Origin: Eledone cirrhosa
Taxonomy: Eukaryota
Length of the DNA: 64,000 nt
Assembly: GCA_964016885.1 (NCBI GenBank)
Contig: OZ024741.1
Coordinates: 414,346,001-414,410,000, forward strand
Direction of reading: 5' to 3'
The notes under the pieces were generated by a model, which saw only the letters and a program-made list of their open reading frames with translations, was not told where the DNA came from and did not search any database. This document shows positions 1-15,000 of this stretch, in pieces. Numbering within the stretch: position 1 is the first letter of the stretch; every line of letters begins with the position of its first letter. Made by a program: the position numbers and the translations under genes.

Positions 1-3000
1 CTGTGTGACTCTGTCTGTGTGTCTCTGTCTGTGTGTCTATGTCTGTGTGTCTATATCTGTGTCTGTGTGTCTATGTCTGTGTGTCTATGTCTGAGTGTCT
101 GTCTCTGTGTCTATCTGTGTGTCACTGTCTATGTGTCTCTGTCTGTGTGTCTATGTCTGTGTGACTGTCTGTGTGTCTATGTCTGTGTGTCTATGTCTGT
201 GTGACTCTGTCTGTGTGTCTTCTGTGTGTCTGTCTGTGTCTCTGTCTGTGTGACTGTCTGTGTGACTGTCTGTGTGTCTCTGTCTGTGTGTCTATGTCTG
301 TGTGTCTATGTCTGTGTGACTCTGTCTGTGTGACTGTCTGTGTGACTCTGTCTGTGTGACTGTCTGTGTGACTCTGTCTGTGTGTCTCTGTCTGTGTCTC
401 TATGTCTGTGTGTCTATATCTGTGTCTGTGTGTCTATGTCTGTGTCTGTGTTTCTATGTCTGTGTGTCTGTCTCTGTGTCTATCTGAGTGTCACTGTCTG
501 TGTGTCTCTGTCTGTGTGTCTATGTCTGTGTGTCTATGTCTGTGTCTATCTGTGTGTCACTGTCTGTGTGTCTCTGTCTGTGTGTCTATGTCTGTGTGTC
601 TATGTCTGTGTGTCTCTGTCTGTGTGTCTCTGTCTGTGTGTCTCTGTCTGTGAGTCTATGTCTGTGTGTCTATGTCTGTGTCTATGTCTGTGTGTCTATG
701 TCTGTGTGTCTCTGTCTGTGTGTCTGTCTGTGTGTCTCTGTCTGTGTGTCTGTCTGTGTGCCTGTGTCTGTGTGTCTGTGTGTCTGTGTGTCTATGTCTT
801 GTGTCTGTCTGTGTGTCTATGTCTGTGTGCCTATGTCTGTGTGTCTGTCTGTGTGCCTGTGTCTGTGTGTCTGTGTGTCTGTGTGTCTATGTCTTGTGTC
901 TGTCTGTGTGTCTATGTCTGTGTGTCTCTGTGTCTATGTCTGTGTCTGTGTGTCTATGTCTGTGTGTCTCTGTGTCTATGTCTGTGTCTATGTCTATGTG
1001 TCTATGTCTGTGTGTCTGTGTCTGTGTCTCTGTGTCTATGTCTGTGTGACTGTCTGTGTGTCTATGTCTGTGTCTCTCTGTCTGTGTGACTCTGTCTGTG
1101 TGTCTATGTCTGTGTGTCTATGTCTGTGTGTCTATGTCTGTGTGTCTGTCTGTGTGTCTGTCTGTGTGTCTGTCTGTGTGTCTGTCTGTGTGTCTGTCTG
1201 TGTGTCTGTCTGTGTCTCTGTCTGTGTGACTCTGTCTGTGTGTCTCTGTCTGTGTGTCTCTGTCTGTGTGTCTATGTCTGTGTGCTTATGTCTGTGTGTC
1301 TATGTCTGTGTGTCTCTGTCTGTGTGACTCTGTCTATGTGACTCTGTCTGTGTGTCTCTGTCTGTGTGTCTATGTCTGTGTCTCTATGTCTGTGTCTGTG
1401 TGTCTATGTCTGTGTGTCTATGTCTGTGTGTCTGTCTCTGTGTCTATCTGTGTGTCACTGTCTCTGTGTCTCTGTCTGTGTGTCTATGTCTGTGTGTCTA
1501 TGTCTGTGTGTCTATGTCTGTGTGTCTGTCTCTGTGTCTATCTGTGTGTCACTGTCTGTGTGTCTCTGTCTGTGTGTCTATGTCTGTGTGTCTCTGTCTG
1601 TGTCTCTATGTCTGTGTGTCTATATCTGTGTCTGTGTGTCTATGTCTGTGTCTCTATGTCTGTGTCTGTGTTTCTATGTCTGTGTGTCTGTCTCTGTGTC
1701 TATCTGAGTGTCACTGTCTGTGTGTCTCTGTCTGTGTGTCTATGTCTGTGTGTCTATGTCTGTGTCTATCTGTGTGTCACTGTCTGTGTGTCTCTGTCTG
1801 TGTGTCTATGTCTGTGTGTCTCTGTCTGTGTGTCTCTGTCTGTGTGTCTCTGTCTGTGAGTCTATGTCTGTGTGTCTATGTCTGTGTCTATGTCTGTGTG
1901 TCTCTGTCTGTGTGTCTGTCTGTGTGTCTGCCCGTGTGTCTATGTCTGTGTGTCTATGTCTGTGTGTCTATGTCTGTGTGTCTGTGTGTCTATGTCTTGT
2001 GTCTGTCTGTGTGTCTATGTCTGTGTGTCTATGTCTGTGTGTCTCTGTGTCTATGTCTGTGTGTCTATGTCTGTGTCTGTGTGTCTATGTCTGTGTGTCT
2101 CTGTGTCTATGTCTGTGTCTGTGTGTCTATGTCTGTGTGACTGTCTGTGTCTATGTCTGTCTGTCTGTCTGTGTGTCTGTCTGTGTCTCTGTCTGTGTGT
2201 CTCTGTCTGTGTGTCTCTGTCTGTGTTATTGTCTGTGTGTCTCTGTCTGTGTGTCTATGTCTGTGTGACTCTGCCTGTGTGTCTCTGTCTGTGTGTCTCT
2301 GTCTGTGTGTCTATGTCTGTGTGTCTATGTCTGTGTGTCTCTGTCTGTGTGACTCTGTCTGTGTGACTGTCTGTGTGTCTGTGTCTGTGTGTCTATGTCT
2401 GTGTGTCTATGTCTGTGTGTCTATGTCTGTGTGTCTATGTCTGTGTGTCTCTGTCTGTGTGTCTCTGTCTGTGTATCTCTGTCTGTGTGTCTATGTCTGT
2501 GTGTCTATGTCTGTTTGTCTATGTCTGTGTGTCTATGTCTGTGTCTGTGTGTCTCTGTGTCTGTGTCTATGTCTGTGTGTCTATGTCTGTGTGACTGTCT
2601 GTGTGTCTATGTCTGTGTGTCTATGTCTGTGTGTCTATGTCTGTGTGTCTATGTCTGTGTAACTCTGTCTGTGTGTCTGTCTGTCTGTGTCTCTGTCTGT
2701 GTGTCTGTGTCTGTGTGTCTATGTCTGTGTGACTCTGTCTGTGTGTCTCTGTCTGTGTGACTGTCTTGTGTCTGTCTGTGTGTCTATGTCTGTGTGTCTC
2801 TGTGTCTATGTCTGTGTGTCTATGTCTGTGTCTGTGTGTCTATGTCTGTGTGTCTATGTCTGTGTGTCTGTCTGTGTGTCTATGTCTATGTCTGTGTGTC
2901 TGTCTGTGTGTCTCTGTCTGTGTCTCTGTCTGTGTCTATATCTGTGTGTCTATGTCTGTGTGTCTATGTCTGTGTGTCTCTGTCTGAGTGTCTATGTCTG

Positions 3001-6000
3001 TGTGTCTCTGTCTGTGTGTCTATGTCTGTGTGACTATGGCTGTGTGTCTATGTCTGTGTGTCTGTCTGTGTGTCTATGTCTGTGTCTATGTCTGTCTGTG
3101 TATCTATGTCTGTGTGTCTGTGTCTATGTATGTGTGTCTGTGTCTATGTCTGTGTCTGTGTGTCTATGTGCATGTCTATGTCTGTGTGTCTATGTCTGTG
3201 TGTCTGTGTCTGTGTGTCTATGTCTGTGTCTATGTCTGTGTGTCTATGTCTGTGTGTCTATGTCTGTGTGTCTATGTCTGTGTGTCTGTGTCTATGTCTG
3301 TGTGTCTGTGTCTGTGTGTCTATGTCTGTGTGTCTATGTGTGTGTCTATGTCTGTGTGTCTATGTCTGTATGTCTATGTCTGTGTGTCTATGTCTGTATG
3401 TCTATGTCTGTGTGTCTGTGTCTATGTCTGTGTGTCTATGTCTGTGTGTCTATGTCTGTGTGTCTGTGTCTATGTCTGTGTGTCTATGTCTGTGTGTCTA
3501 TGTCTGTGTGTCTATGTCTGTGTGTCTATGACTGTGTGTCTATGTCTGTGTGTCTATGTCTGTGTGTCTATGTCTGTGTGTCTGTGTCTATGTCTGTGTG
3601 TCTATGTCTGTGTGTCTATGTCTGTGTGTCTATGTCTGTGTGTCTATGTCTGTGTCTATGTCTGTGTGTCTATGTCTGTGTGTCTGTGTCTACGTCTGTG
3701 TGTCTATGTCTGTGTGTCTGTGTGTCTGTGTCTATGTCTGTGTGTCTGTGTGTCTGTCTGTGTCTGTGTGTCTATGTCTGTGTGACTCTGTCTGTGTCTA
3801 TGTCTGTGTGTCTGTCTGTGTGTCTCTCTGTGTCTGTGTCTGTGTGTCTATCTCTGTGTGTCTCTGTCTGTGTGACTGTCTGTGTGTCTCTGTCTGTGTG
3901 TCTATGTCTGTGTGTCTCTGTCTGTGTGTCTGTGTCTGTGTGTCTATGTCTGTGTGTCTATGTCTGTGTGTCTATGTCTGTGTGTCTATATCTGTGTGTC
4001 TATATCTCTGTCTGCCTGTGTGTCTATGTCTGTGTGTCTATGTCTGTGTGTCTATAACTGTGTGTCTATGTCTGTGTGTCTGTCTGTGTTTCTATGTTTG
4101 TGTGTCTGTGTGTCTATGTCTGTGTATATCTGTCTGTGTGTCTATGTCTGTGTGACTGTCTGTGTGTCTGTGTCTGTGTGTCTGTCTGTGTGTCTGTCTG
4201 TGTGTCTGTCTGTGTATCTATGTCTGTGTGTCTGTGTGTCTGTGTGTCTATGTCTGTGTGTCTGTGTCTGTGTGTCTATGTCTGTGTGTGTATGTCTGTG
4301 TCTGTTTCTGTGTGTCTATATCTGTGTGTGTCTGTCTATCTGTGGGTCTATGTCTGTGTCTGTGTGTCTATGTCTGTGTGTCTATGTCTGTGTGTCTGTG
4401 TCTATGTCTGTGTGTCTGTGTCTATGTCTGTGTATCTATATCTGTGTGTGTCTGTCTATCTGTGGGTCTATGTCTGTGTGTCTGTCTATGTGTGTCTGTG
4501 TCTGTGTCTCTGTCTGTGTGTCTGTGTGTCTATGACTTTGTGTCTGTGTCTGTGTGTCTGTGTCTGTGTCTGTGTCTGTGTGTCTGTGTGTCTGTGTGTC
4601 TCTGTCTGTGTCTATGTCTGTGTGTCTGTGTGTCTGTCTCTGTGTCTATATATGTGTCTCTGTGTCTGTGTCTATGTCTGTGTCTATCTGTGTGTCTATG
4701 TCTGTGTCTATCTGTGTGTCACTGTCTGTGTGTCTCTGTCTGTGTGTCTATGTCTGTGTGTCTATGACTGTGTGTCTATGTCTGTGTGTCTACGTCTGTG
4801 TGTCTCTGTCTGTGTGTCTCTGTCTGTGAGTCTATGTCTGTGTGTCTATGTCTGTGTGTCTATGTCTGTGTCTCTGTCTGTGTGTCTGCCCGTGTGTCTA
4901 TGTCTGTGTCTGTGTGTCTATGTCTGTGTGTCTGTCTGTGTGTCTGTCTGTGTGTCTGTGTGTCTATGTCTGTGTCTATGTCTGTGTGTCTATGTCTGTG
5001 TGTCTATGCCTGTGTCTGTGTGTCTATGTCTGTGTGTCTATGTCTATGTCTGTGTGTCTATCTCTGTGTGTCTCTGTCTGTGTCTATGTCTGTGTGTCTG
5101 TGTCTGAGTGTCTGTCTGTGTGTCTATGTCTGTGTGTCTGTCTGTGTGTCTGTCTGTGTCTGTCTGTGTGTCTGCGTCTGTGTGTCTGTCTGTGTGTCTA
5201 TGTCTGTGTCTATGTCTGTCTGTGTGTCTATGTCTATGTCTGTGTCTGTGTGTCTATGTCTGTGTGTCTATGTCTGTGTGTCTGTGTCTATGTCTGTGTG
5301 TCTGTGTCTATGTCTGTGTCTGTGTGTCTATGTCTGTCTGTGTCTGTGTGTCTATGTCTGTGTGTCTGTCTGTGTGTCTCTTTCTGTGTGACTCTGTCTG
5401 CGTGTCTATGTCTGTGTGTCTGTCTGTGTCTCTGTCTGTGTGTCTCTCTCTCTCTGTCTATGTCTGTCTGTGTGTCTCTGACTGTGTCTCTCTGTCTGTG
5501 TGTCTCTGTCTGCGTTTCTCTGTCTGTGTGTCTGTGTGTCTATGTCTGTGTGTCTATGTCTGTGTGTCTGTCTGTGTCTCTGTCTGTGTGTCTCTGTCTG
5601 TGTGTCTCTGTCTGTGTGTCTCTGTCTGTGTATCTCTGTCTGTCTGTCTCTGTCTGTGTGTCTGTGTCTGTGTTTCTATGTCTGTGCGTCTATGTCTGTG
5701 TGTCTGTCTGTGTGTCTCCGTCTGTGCGTCTCTTTCTGTGTGACTCTGTCTTTGTGTCTGTGTCTGTATGTATGTGTGTCTGTGTCTCTATGTCTGCGTG
5801 TCTCTGTCTGTGTGTCTCTGTCTGTGTGTCTCTTTCTGTGTGACTCTGTCTGCGTGTCTCTGTCAGTGTGTCTGTCTGTGTCACTGTCTGTGAGTCTCTC
5901 TCTGTGTGTCTGTGTCTGTGTGTCTGTGTGTCTACGTCTGTGTGTCTCTGTCTGTGTGTCTCTGTCTGTGTGTCTCTGTCTGTGAGTCTATGTCTGTGTG

Positions 6001-9000
6001 TCTATGTCTGTGTGTCTATGTCTGTGTGTCTGCCCGTGTGTCTATGTCTGTGTGTCTGTCTGTGTGTCTGTGTGTCTGTGTGTCTATGTCTGTGTGTCTC
6101 TGTGTCTATGTCTGTGTGTCTATGTCTGTGTGTCTATGTCTGTGTGTCTGTCTGTGTGTCTATGTCTATGTCTGTCTGTCTATCTCTGTGTGTCTATGTC
6201 TGTGTGTCTCTGTCTGTGTCTATGTCTGTGTGTCTATGTCTGTGTCTCTGTCTGTGTGACTGTCTGTGTGTATCTGTCTGTGTGTCTGTCTGTGTGTCTA
6301 TGTCTGTGTGTCTGTCTGTGTCTGTCTGTGTGTCTATGTCTGTGTCTATGTCTGTCTGTGTGTCTGTGTCTATGTCTGTGTGTCTATGTCTGTGTCTGTG
6401 TGTCTGTGTGTCTATGTCTGTGTGTCTGTCTGTGTGTCTCTTTCTGTGTGACTCTGTCTGTGTGTCTATGTCTGTGTGTCTGTCTGTGTGTCTCTCTCTG
6501 TGTGTCTGTGTGTCTGTGTCTGTGTGTCTATGTCTGTGTGTCTATGTCTATGTGTCTATGTCTGTGCGTCTATGTCTGTGTGTCTATGTCTGTGTGTCTA
6601 TGTCTGTGTGTCTATGTCTGTGTGTCTCTGTCTGTGTGTCTCTGTCTGTGTGTCTCTGTCTGTGTGTCTCTGTCTGTGTCTCTCTGTCTGTGTGTCTGTC
6701 TGCGTTTCTCTGTCTGTGTGTCTGTGTGTATCTGTCTGTGTGTCTATGTCTGTGTGTCTATGTCTGTGTGTCTGTCTGTGTCTCTGTCTGTGTGTCTCTG
6801 TCTGTGTGTCTCTGTCTGTGTGTCTGTGTCTGTGTGTCTATGTCTGTGTGTCTCTGTCTGTGTGTCTGTGTGTCTATGTCTGTGTGTCTATGTCTGTGTG
6901 TCTATGTCTGTGCGTCTATGTCTGTGTGTCTATGTCTGTGTGTCTGTGTCTGTGTGTGTATGTCTGTGTCTGTTTCTGTGTGTCTATGTCTGTGTGTCTA
7001 TATCTGTGTGTGTCTGTCTATCTGTGGGTCTATGTCTGTGTGTCTATGTCTGTGTGTCTATGTCTGTGTGTCTGTCTGTGTCTGTGTGTGTCTGTCTGTG
7101 TGTCTATGTCTGTGTGTCTATGTCTGTATGTCTGTCCATCTATGTCTGTGTGTCTGTGTCTGTGTGTCTGTCTGTGTGTCTGTGTGTCTATGACTTTGTG
7201 TCTGTGTCTGTGTCTGTGTGTCTGTGTCTGTGTGTCTGTGTCTCTATGTCTGTGTGTCTATGTCTGTGCCTGTGTCTATGTCTGTGTGTCTCTGTCTGTG
7301 TGTCTGTCTCTGTGTCTATATATGTGTCTCTGTGTCTGTGTGTCTATGTCTGTGTGTCTATGTCTATCTGTGTGTCACTGTCTGTGTGTCTCTGTCTGTG
7401 TGTCTACGTCTGTGTGTCTCTGTCTGTGTGTCTATGTCTATGTCTGTGTGTCTCTGTGTCTATGTCTGTGTCTGTGTGTCTGTCTCTGTGTCTATGTCTG
7501 TGTGTCTCTGTCTGTGTCTATGTCTGTGTGTCTTTGTCTGTGTGTCTATGTCTGTGTGTCTATGTCTGTGAGTCTCTGTCTGTGTGTCTATGTCTGTGTG
7601 TCTGTGTCTGAGTGTCTGTCTGTGTGTCTCTGTCTGTGTGACTGTCTGTGTGTATCTGTCTGTGTGTCTATGGCTGTGTGTCTGTCTGTGTCTCTATGTC
7701 TGTGTGTCTGTCTGTGTCTCTATGTCTGTGTGTCTGTCTGTGTCTGTCTGTGTGTCTGCGTCTGTGTGTTTGTCTGTTTGTCTATGTCTGTGTCTATGTC
7801 TGTCTGTGTGTTTGTCTGTTTGTCTATGTCTGTGTCTATGTCTGTCTGTGTGTCTGCGTCTGTGTCTATGTCTGTGTGTCTGTGTCTATGTCTGTGTGTC
7901 TGTGTCTATGTCTGTGTCTGTGTGTCTGTGTCTGTGTGTCTATGTCTGTGTGTCTGTGTCTGTTTGTGTCTGTCTGTGTGTCTCTGTCTGTGTGTCTGTC
8001 TGTGTCTCTGTCTGTGTGTCTCTGGCTGTGTGTCTCTCTCTGTGTGTCTGTGTCTGTGTGTCTATGTCTGTGTGTCTATGTCTGTGTGTCTGTCTGTGTC
8101 TCTGTCTGTGTGTCTCTGTCTGTGTGTCTCTGTTTGTGTGTCTCTGTCTGTGTGTCTCTGTCTGTGTGTCTCTGTCTGTGTGTCTCTGTCTGTGTGTCTC
8201 TGTCTGTGTGTCTCTGTCTGTGTGTTTCTGTCTGTGTGTCTCTGTCTGTGTGTCTCTGTCAGTGTGTCTGTGTCTGTGTGTCTGTGTCTGTGTGTCTATG
8301 TCTGTGCGTCTATGTCTGTGCATCTATGTCTGTGCGTCTATGTCTGTGTGTCTATGTCTGTGTGTCTGTCTGTGTGTCTATGTCTTCGTGTCTGTGTCTG
8401 TATGTCTGTTTGTCTGTGTGTCTCTGTCTGTGTGTCTCTGTCTGTGTGTCTGTGTCTGTGTGTCTGTGTCTGTGTGTCTGTGTCTGTGTGTCTATGTCTG
8501 TGTGTCTATGTCTGTGTCTCTATGTCTGTGTGTCTATGTCTGTGTTTCTATGTCTGTGTGTCTATGTCTGTGTGTCTGTCTCTGTGTCTATATCTGTGTG
8601 TCTGTCTGTGTGTCTATGTCTGTGTGTCTGTCTGTCTGTGTGTCTGTGTCTCTGTCTGTGTGACTATGACTTTGTGTCTGTGTCTGTGTCTGTGTGTCTG
8701 TGTCTCTATGTCTGTGTGTCTCTGTCTGTGTCTCTGTCTGTGTCTATATATGTGTCTCTGTGTCTGTGTGTCTATGTCTGTGTCTATCTGTGTGTCACTG
8801 TCTGTGTGTCTATGTCTGTGTGTCTACGTCTGTGTGTCTCTGTCTGTGTGTCTATGTCTATGTCTGTGTGTCTCTGTGTCTATGTCTGTGTCTGTGTGTC
8901 TATGTCTGTGTGTCTGTGTCTATGTCTGTGTGTCTATGTCTGTGTGTCTGTGTCTATGTCTGTGTGTCTGTGTCTATGTCTGTGTGTCTGTGTGTCTGTG

Positions 9001-12000
9001 TCTGTGTCTATGTCTGTGTCTGTGTGTCTATGTCTGTGTGGCTATGTCTGTGTGTCTGTCTGTGTGTCTCTGTCTGCATGTCTCTGTCTGTGTCTGTGTG
9101 TCTATGTCTGTGTGTTTGTTTGTGTCTCTGTCTGTGTGTCTCTGTCTGTGTGTCTCTCTCTATGTGTCTGTGTCTGTGTGTCTGTGTCTGTGTGTCTATG
9201 TCTGTGCGTCTATGTCTGTGTGTCTATGTCTGTGTGCCTATGTCTGTGTGTCTGTCTGTGTGTCTCTGTCTGTGTCTCTCTGTCTGTGTCTCTCTGTCTG
9301 TGTGTCCCTGTCTGTGTGTCTATGTCTGTGTGTCTATGTCTGGGTGTCTGTGTCTGTGTGTCTATGTCTGTGTGTCTATGTCTGTGTGCCTATGTCTGTG
9401 TGTCTGTCTGTGTGTCTGTCTGTGTGTCTGTCTGTGTGTCTATTTCTGTGTGTCTATGTCTATGTGTCTATGTCTGTGTGTCTGTGTCTGTGTGTCTGTC
9501 TGTGTCTCTGTGTCTATGTCTGTGTGTCTATGTCTGTGTGACTCTGTCTGTGTCTGTGTCTGTGTGTCTGTCTGTGTCTGTGTGTCTATGTCTGTGTGTC
9601 TATGTCTGTGTGTCTCTGTCTGTGTGTCTCTGTCTGTGTGACTGTCTGTGTGTCTCTGTCTGTGTGTCTATGTCTGTGTGTCTATATCTGTGTCTGCCTG
9701 TGTGTCTATGTCTGTGTGTCTATGTCTGTGTGTCTATGTCTGTGTCTCTGTCTGTGTGTCTCTGTCTCTGTGACTATGTCTGTGTGTCTATAACTGTGTG
9801 TCTATGTCTGTGTGTCTCTGTCTGTGTGACTCTGTCTGTGTGTCTCTGTCTGTGTGTCTGTCTGTGTGTCTGTCTGTGTGTCTGTCTGTGTGTCTGTCTG
9901 TGTTTCTATGTCTGTGTGTCTATGTCTGTGTATATCTGTCTGTGTGTCTATGTCTGTCTGTCTGTCTATGTCTGTGTGTCTGTGTCTGTGTGTGTATGTC
10001 TGTGTCTGTTTCTGTGTGTCTGTGTGTCTATGTCTGTGTGTCTGTGTCTGTGTGTCTCTGTCTGTGTGTGTATGTCTGTGTCTGTTTCTGTGTGTCTATA
10101 TCTGTGTGTGTCTGTCTATCTGTGGGTCTATGTCTGTGTGTCTGTGTCTGTGTGTCTATGTCTGTGTGTCTATGTCTGTGTCTGTGTGTCTATGTCTGTG
10201 TGTCTATGTCTGTGTGTCTATGTCTGTGTGTCTATATCTGTGTGTGTCTGTCTATCTGTGGGTCTATGTCTGTGTGTCTATGTCTGTGTGTCTATGTCTG
10301 TGTGTCTGTCTGTGTCTGTGTGTCTGTCTGTGTGTCTATGTCTGTGTGTCTGTCTATCTATGTCTGTGTGTCTGTGTCTCTGTCTGTGTGTCTATGTGTC
10401 TATGACTTTGTGTCTGTGTCTGTGTCTGTGTGTCTGTGTCTGTGTCTCTATGTCTGTGTGTCTCTGTCTGTGTGTCTCTCTCTGTGTCTATGTCTGTGTG
10501 TCTATGTCTGTGTCTATCTGTGTGTCACTGTCTGTGTGTCTCTCTCTGTGTATCTATGTCTGTGTGTCTACGTCTGTGTGTCTATGTCTATGTCTGTGTG
10601 TCTCTGTGTCTATGTCTGTGTCTGTGTGTCTATGTCTGTGTGTCTGTCTGTGTGTCTCTGTCTGTGTGTCTGTGTGTCTATGTCTGTGTGTCTCTGTCTG
10701 TGTGTCTGTCTGTGTGTCTCTGTCTGTGTGACTGTCTGTGTGTATCTGTCTGTGTGTCTATGTCTGTGTGTCTGTCTGTGTCTCTATGTCTGTGTGTCTG
10801 TCTGTGTCTCTATGTCTGTGTGTCTGTCTGTGTTTGTCTGTGTGTCTGCGTCTGTGTGTTTGTCTGTGTGTCTATGTCTGTCTGTGTGTCTATGTCTGCG
10901 TCTGTGTCTATGTCTGTGTGTCTGTGTCTATGTCTGTGTCTGTGTGTCTGTGTCTGTGTGTCTATGTCTGTGTGTCTGTGTCTGTGTGTCTGTCTGTGTG
11001 TCTCTGGCTGTGTGTCTCTCTCTGTGTGTCTGTGTCTGTGTGTCTGTGTCTGTGTGTCTATGTCTGTGTGTCTGTCTGTGTCTCTGTCTGTGTGTCTCTG
11101 TCTGTGTGTCTCTGTCTGTGTGTCTCTGTCTGTGTGTTTCTGTCTGTGTGTCTGTGTGTCTGTGTCTGTGTGTCTCTGTCTGTGTGTCTCTGTCTGTGTG
11201 TTTCTGTCTGTGTGTCTGTGTGTCTGTGTCTGTGTGTCTATGTCTGTGTGTCTCTCTGTGTCTCTGTCTGTGTGTCTCTGTCTGTGTGTCTCTGTCTGTG
11301 TGTCTCTGTCTGTGTGTTTCTGTCTGTGTGTCTGTGTGTCTATGTCTGTGCGTCTATGCCTGTGCATCTATGTCTGTGTGTCTATGTCTGTGTGTCTGTC
11401 TGTGTGTCTGTGTCTGTATGTCTGTGTGTCTCTGTATGTGTGTCTCTGTCTCTGTGTCTGTGTCTGTGTCTCTATGTCTGTGTGTCTATGTCTGTGTTTC
11501 TATGTCTGTGTGTCTATGTCTGTGTGTCTGTCTCTGTGTCTATATCTGTGTGTCTATGTCTGTGTGTCTATGTCTGTGTCTATCTGTGTGTCACTGTCTG
11601 TGTGTCTGTGTCTGTGTGTCTATGTCTGTGTGTCTATGTCTGTGTGTCTGTGTCTGTGTGTCTGTCTGTGTTTCTATGTCTGTGTGTCTGTGTGTCTATG
11701 TCTGTGTATATCTGTCTGTGTGTCTATGTCTGTGTGTCTGTGTGTCTGTCTGTGTGTCTGTCTGTGTGTCTATGTCTGTGTGTCTGTGTCTGTGTGTCTG
11801 TGTCTCTGTGTCTGTGTGTGTATGTCTGTGTCTGTTTCTGTGTGTCTATATCTGTGTGTGTCTGTCTATCTGTGGGTCTATGTCTGTGTGTCTATGTCTG
11901 TGTGTCTATGTCTGTGTGCCTATGTCTATGTGTCTATGTCTATGTGTCTATGTCTGTGTGTCTATGTCTGTGTGTCTATATCTGTGTGTGTCTGTCTATC

Positions 12001-15000
12001 TGTGGGTCTATGTCTGTTTGTCTATGTCTGTGTGTCTATGTCTGTGTGTCTGTCTATCTATGTCTGTGTGTCTGTGTGTCTATGACTTTGTGTCTGTGTC
12101 TGTGTCTGTGTGTCTGTGTCTCTATGTCTGTGTGTCTCTGTCTGTGTCTATGTCTCTGTGTCTATATATGTGTCTCTGTGTCTGTGTGTCTATGTCTGTG
12201 TCTATCTGTGTGTCACTGTTTGTGTGTCTATGTCTGTGTGTCTATGTCTGTGTGTCTACGTCTGTGTGTCTCTGTCTGTGTGTCTATGTCTATGTCTGTG
12301 TGTCTCTGTGTCTATGTCTGTGTCTGTGTGTCTATGTCTGTGTGTCTATGTCTGTGTGTCTCTGTCTGTGTGTCTATGTCTGTGTGTCTGTGTCTGAGTG
12401 TCTGTCTGTGTGTCTCTGTCTGTGTGACTGTCTGTGTGTATCTGTCTGTGTGTATATGGCTGTGTGTCTGTCTGTGTGTCTATGTCTGTGTGTCTGTCTG
12501 TGTGTCTATGTCTGTGTCTATGTCTGTGTCTGTGTCTATGTCTGTGTGTCTATGTCTGTGTGTCTATGTCTGTGTGTCTGTGTCTGTGTGTCTGTGTGTC
12601 TATGTCTGTGTGTCTGTCTGTGTGTCTCTTTCTGTGTGACTCTGTCTGCGTGACTCTGTCTGCGTGTCTCTGTCTGTGTCTCTGTCTGTGTGTCTCTGTC
12701 TGTGTGTCTCTCTCTGTGTGTCTGTGTGTCTGTGTCTGTGTGTCTATGTGTGTGTCTATGTCTGTGTGTCTATGTCTGTGTGTCTATGTGTGTGTCTATG
12801 TCTGTGTGTCTATGTCTGTGTGTCTATGTCTGTGTGTCTGTGTCTGTGTCTGTGTGTCTATGTCTGTGTGTCTATGTCTGTGTGTCTATGTCTGTGTGTC
12901 TATGTCTGTATGTCTATGTCTGTGTGTCTATGTCTGTGAGTCTCTGTCTGTGTGTCCCTGTTTGTGTGTCTCTGTCTGTGTGTATCTGTCTGTGTGTCTA
13001 TGTCTGTGTGTCTGTCTGTGTGTCTCTGTCTGTGTGTCTCTGTCTGTGTGTCTCTGCCTGTGTGTCTCTGTCTGTGTGTCTCTGTCTGTGTGTCTCTGTC
13101 TGTGTGTCTCTGTCTGTGTGTCTCTGTCTGTGTGTCTCTGTCTTTGTGTCTCTGTCTTTGTGTCTCTGTCTGTGTGTCTCTCTCTGTGTGTCTCACTCTG
13201 TGTGTCTCTCTCTGTGTGTCTCTCTCTGTGTGTCTGTGTCTGTGTGTCTGTGTGTCTATGTCTGTGCATCTATGTCTGTGCGTCTATGTCTGTGTGTCTA
13301 TGTCTGTGTGTCTATGTCTATGTGTCTATGTCTATGTGTCTATGTCTGTGTGTCTGTGTTTCTATGTCTGTGTGTCTCTGTCTGTGTCTATGTCTGTGTG
13401 TCTGTGTCTGTGTGTCTATGTCTGTGTGTGTCTATGTCTGTGTGTCTATGTCTGTGTGTCTATGTCTGTCTGTGTGTCTATGTCTGTGTGTCTATGTCTG
13501 TGTGTCTGTGTCTGTGTGTCTATGTCTGTGTGTCTCTGTCTGTGTGTCTATGCCTGCGTGTCTCTGTCTGTGTCTGTTGGTCTGTGTGTATCTGTCTGTG
13601 TGTCTGTCTGTGTGTGTGTCTGTGTCTGCGTGTCTCTGTCTGTGTGTCTGTCTGTGTGTCTATGTCTATGTGTCTGTGTCTGTGTGTCTGTGTCTGTGTG
13701 TGTGTGTCTATGTCTGTGTGTGTGTGTCTATGTCTGTGTGTGTGTGTCTATGTCTGTGTGTGTATGTCTGTGTCTGTGTCTGTGTGTCTGTGTGTCTATG
13801 TCTGTGTGTGTATGTGTGTGTCTGTGTGTCTATGTCTGTGTGTGTATGTCTGTGTCTGTGTCTGTGTGTGTATGTCTGTGTCTGTGTGTATGTCTGTGTC
13901 TGTGTGTGTATGTCTGTGTGTGTATGTCTGTGTCTGTGTGTGTATGTCTGTGTCTGTGTGTGTATGTCTGTGTGTCTGTGTCTGTGTCTGTGTGTCTGTG
14001 TCTGTGTGTCTATGTCTGTGTGTCTATGTCTGTGTGTATCTGTCCGTGTGTCTATGTCTGTGTGTCTATGTCTGTGTGTCTATGTCTGTATGTCTATGTC
14101 TGTGTGTCTATGTCTGTGAGTCTCTGTCTGTGTGTCTCTGTCTGTGTGTATCTGTCTGTGTGTCTATGTCTGTGTGTCTGTCTGTGTGTCTCTGTCTGTG
14201 TGTCTCTGTCTGTGTGTCTCTGCCTGTGTGTCTCTGCCTGTGTGTCTCTGTCTGTGTGTCTCTGTCTGTGTGTCTCTGTCTGTGTGTCTCTGTCTGTGTG
14301 TCTCTGTCTTTGTGTCTCTGTCTTTGTGTCTCTGTCTGTGTGTCTCTCTCTGTGTGTCTCACTCTGTGTGTCTCTCTCTGTGTGTCTCTCTCTGTGTGTC
14401 TGTGTCTGTGTGTCTGTGTGTCTATGTCTGTGCATCTATGTCTGTGCGTCTATGTCTGTGTGTCTATGTCTGTGTGTCTATGTCTATGTGTCTATGTCTG
14501 TGTGTCTGTGTCTGTGTGTCTGTGTTTCTATGTCTGTGTGTCTCTGTCTGTGTCTATGTCTGTGTGTCTGTGTCTGTGTGTCTATGTCTGTGTGTGTCTG
14601 TCTGTGTGTCTATGTCTGTGTGTCTATGTCTGTCTGTGTGTCTATGTCTGTGTGTCTATGTCTGTGTGTCTGTGTCTGTGTGTCTATGTCTGTGTGTCTC
14701 TGTCTGTGTGTCTATGTCTGCGTGTCTCTGTCTGTGTCTGTTGGTCTGTGTGTATCTGTCTGTGTGTCTGTCTGTGTGTGTGTCTGTGTCTGCGTGTCTC
14801 TGTCTGTGTGTCTCTGTCTGTGTGTCTGTCTGTGTGTCTATGTCTATGTGTCTGTGTCTGTGTGTCTGTGTCTGTGTGTGTGTGTCTATGTCTGTGTGTG
14901 TGTGTCTATGTCTGTGTGTGTATGTCTGTGTCTGTGTCTGTGTGTCTGTGTGTCTATGTCTGTGTGTGTATGTGTGTGTCTGTGTGTCTATGTCTGTGTG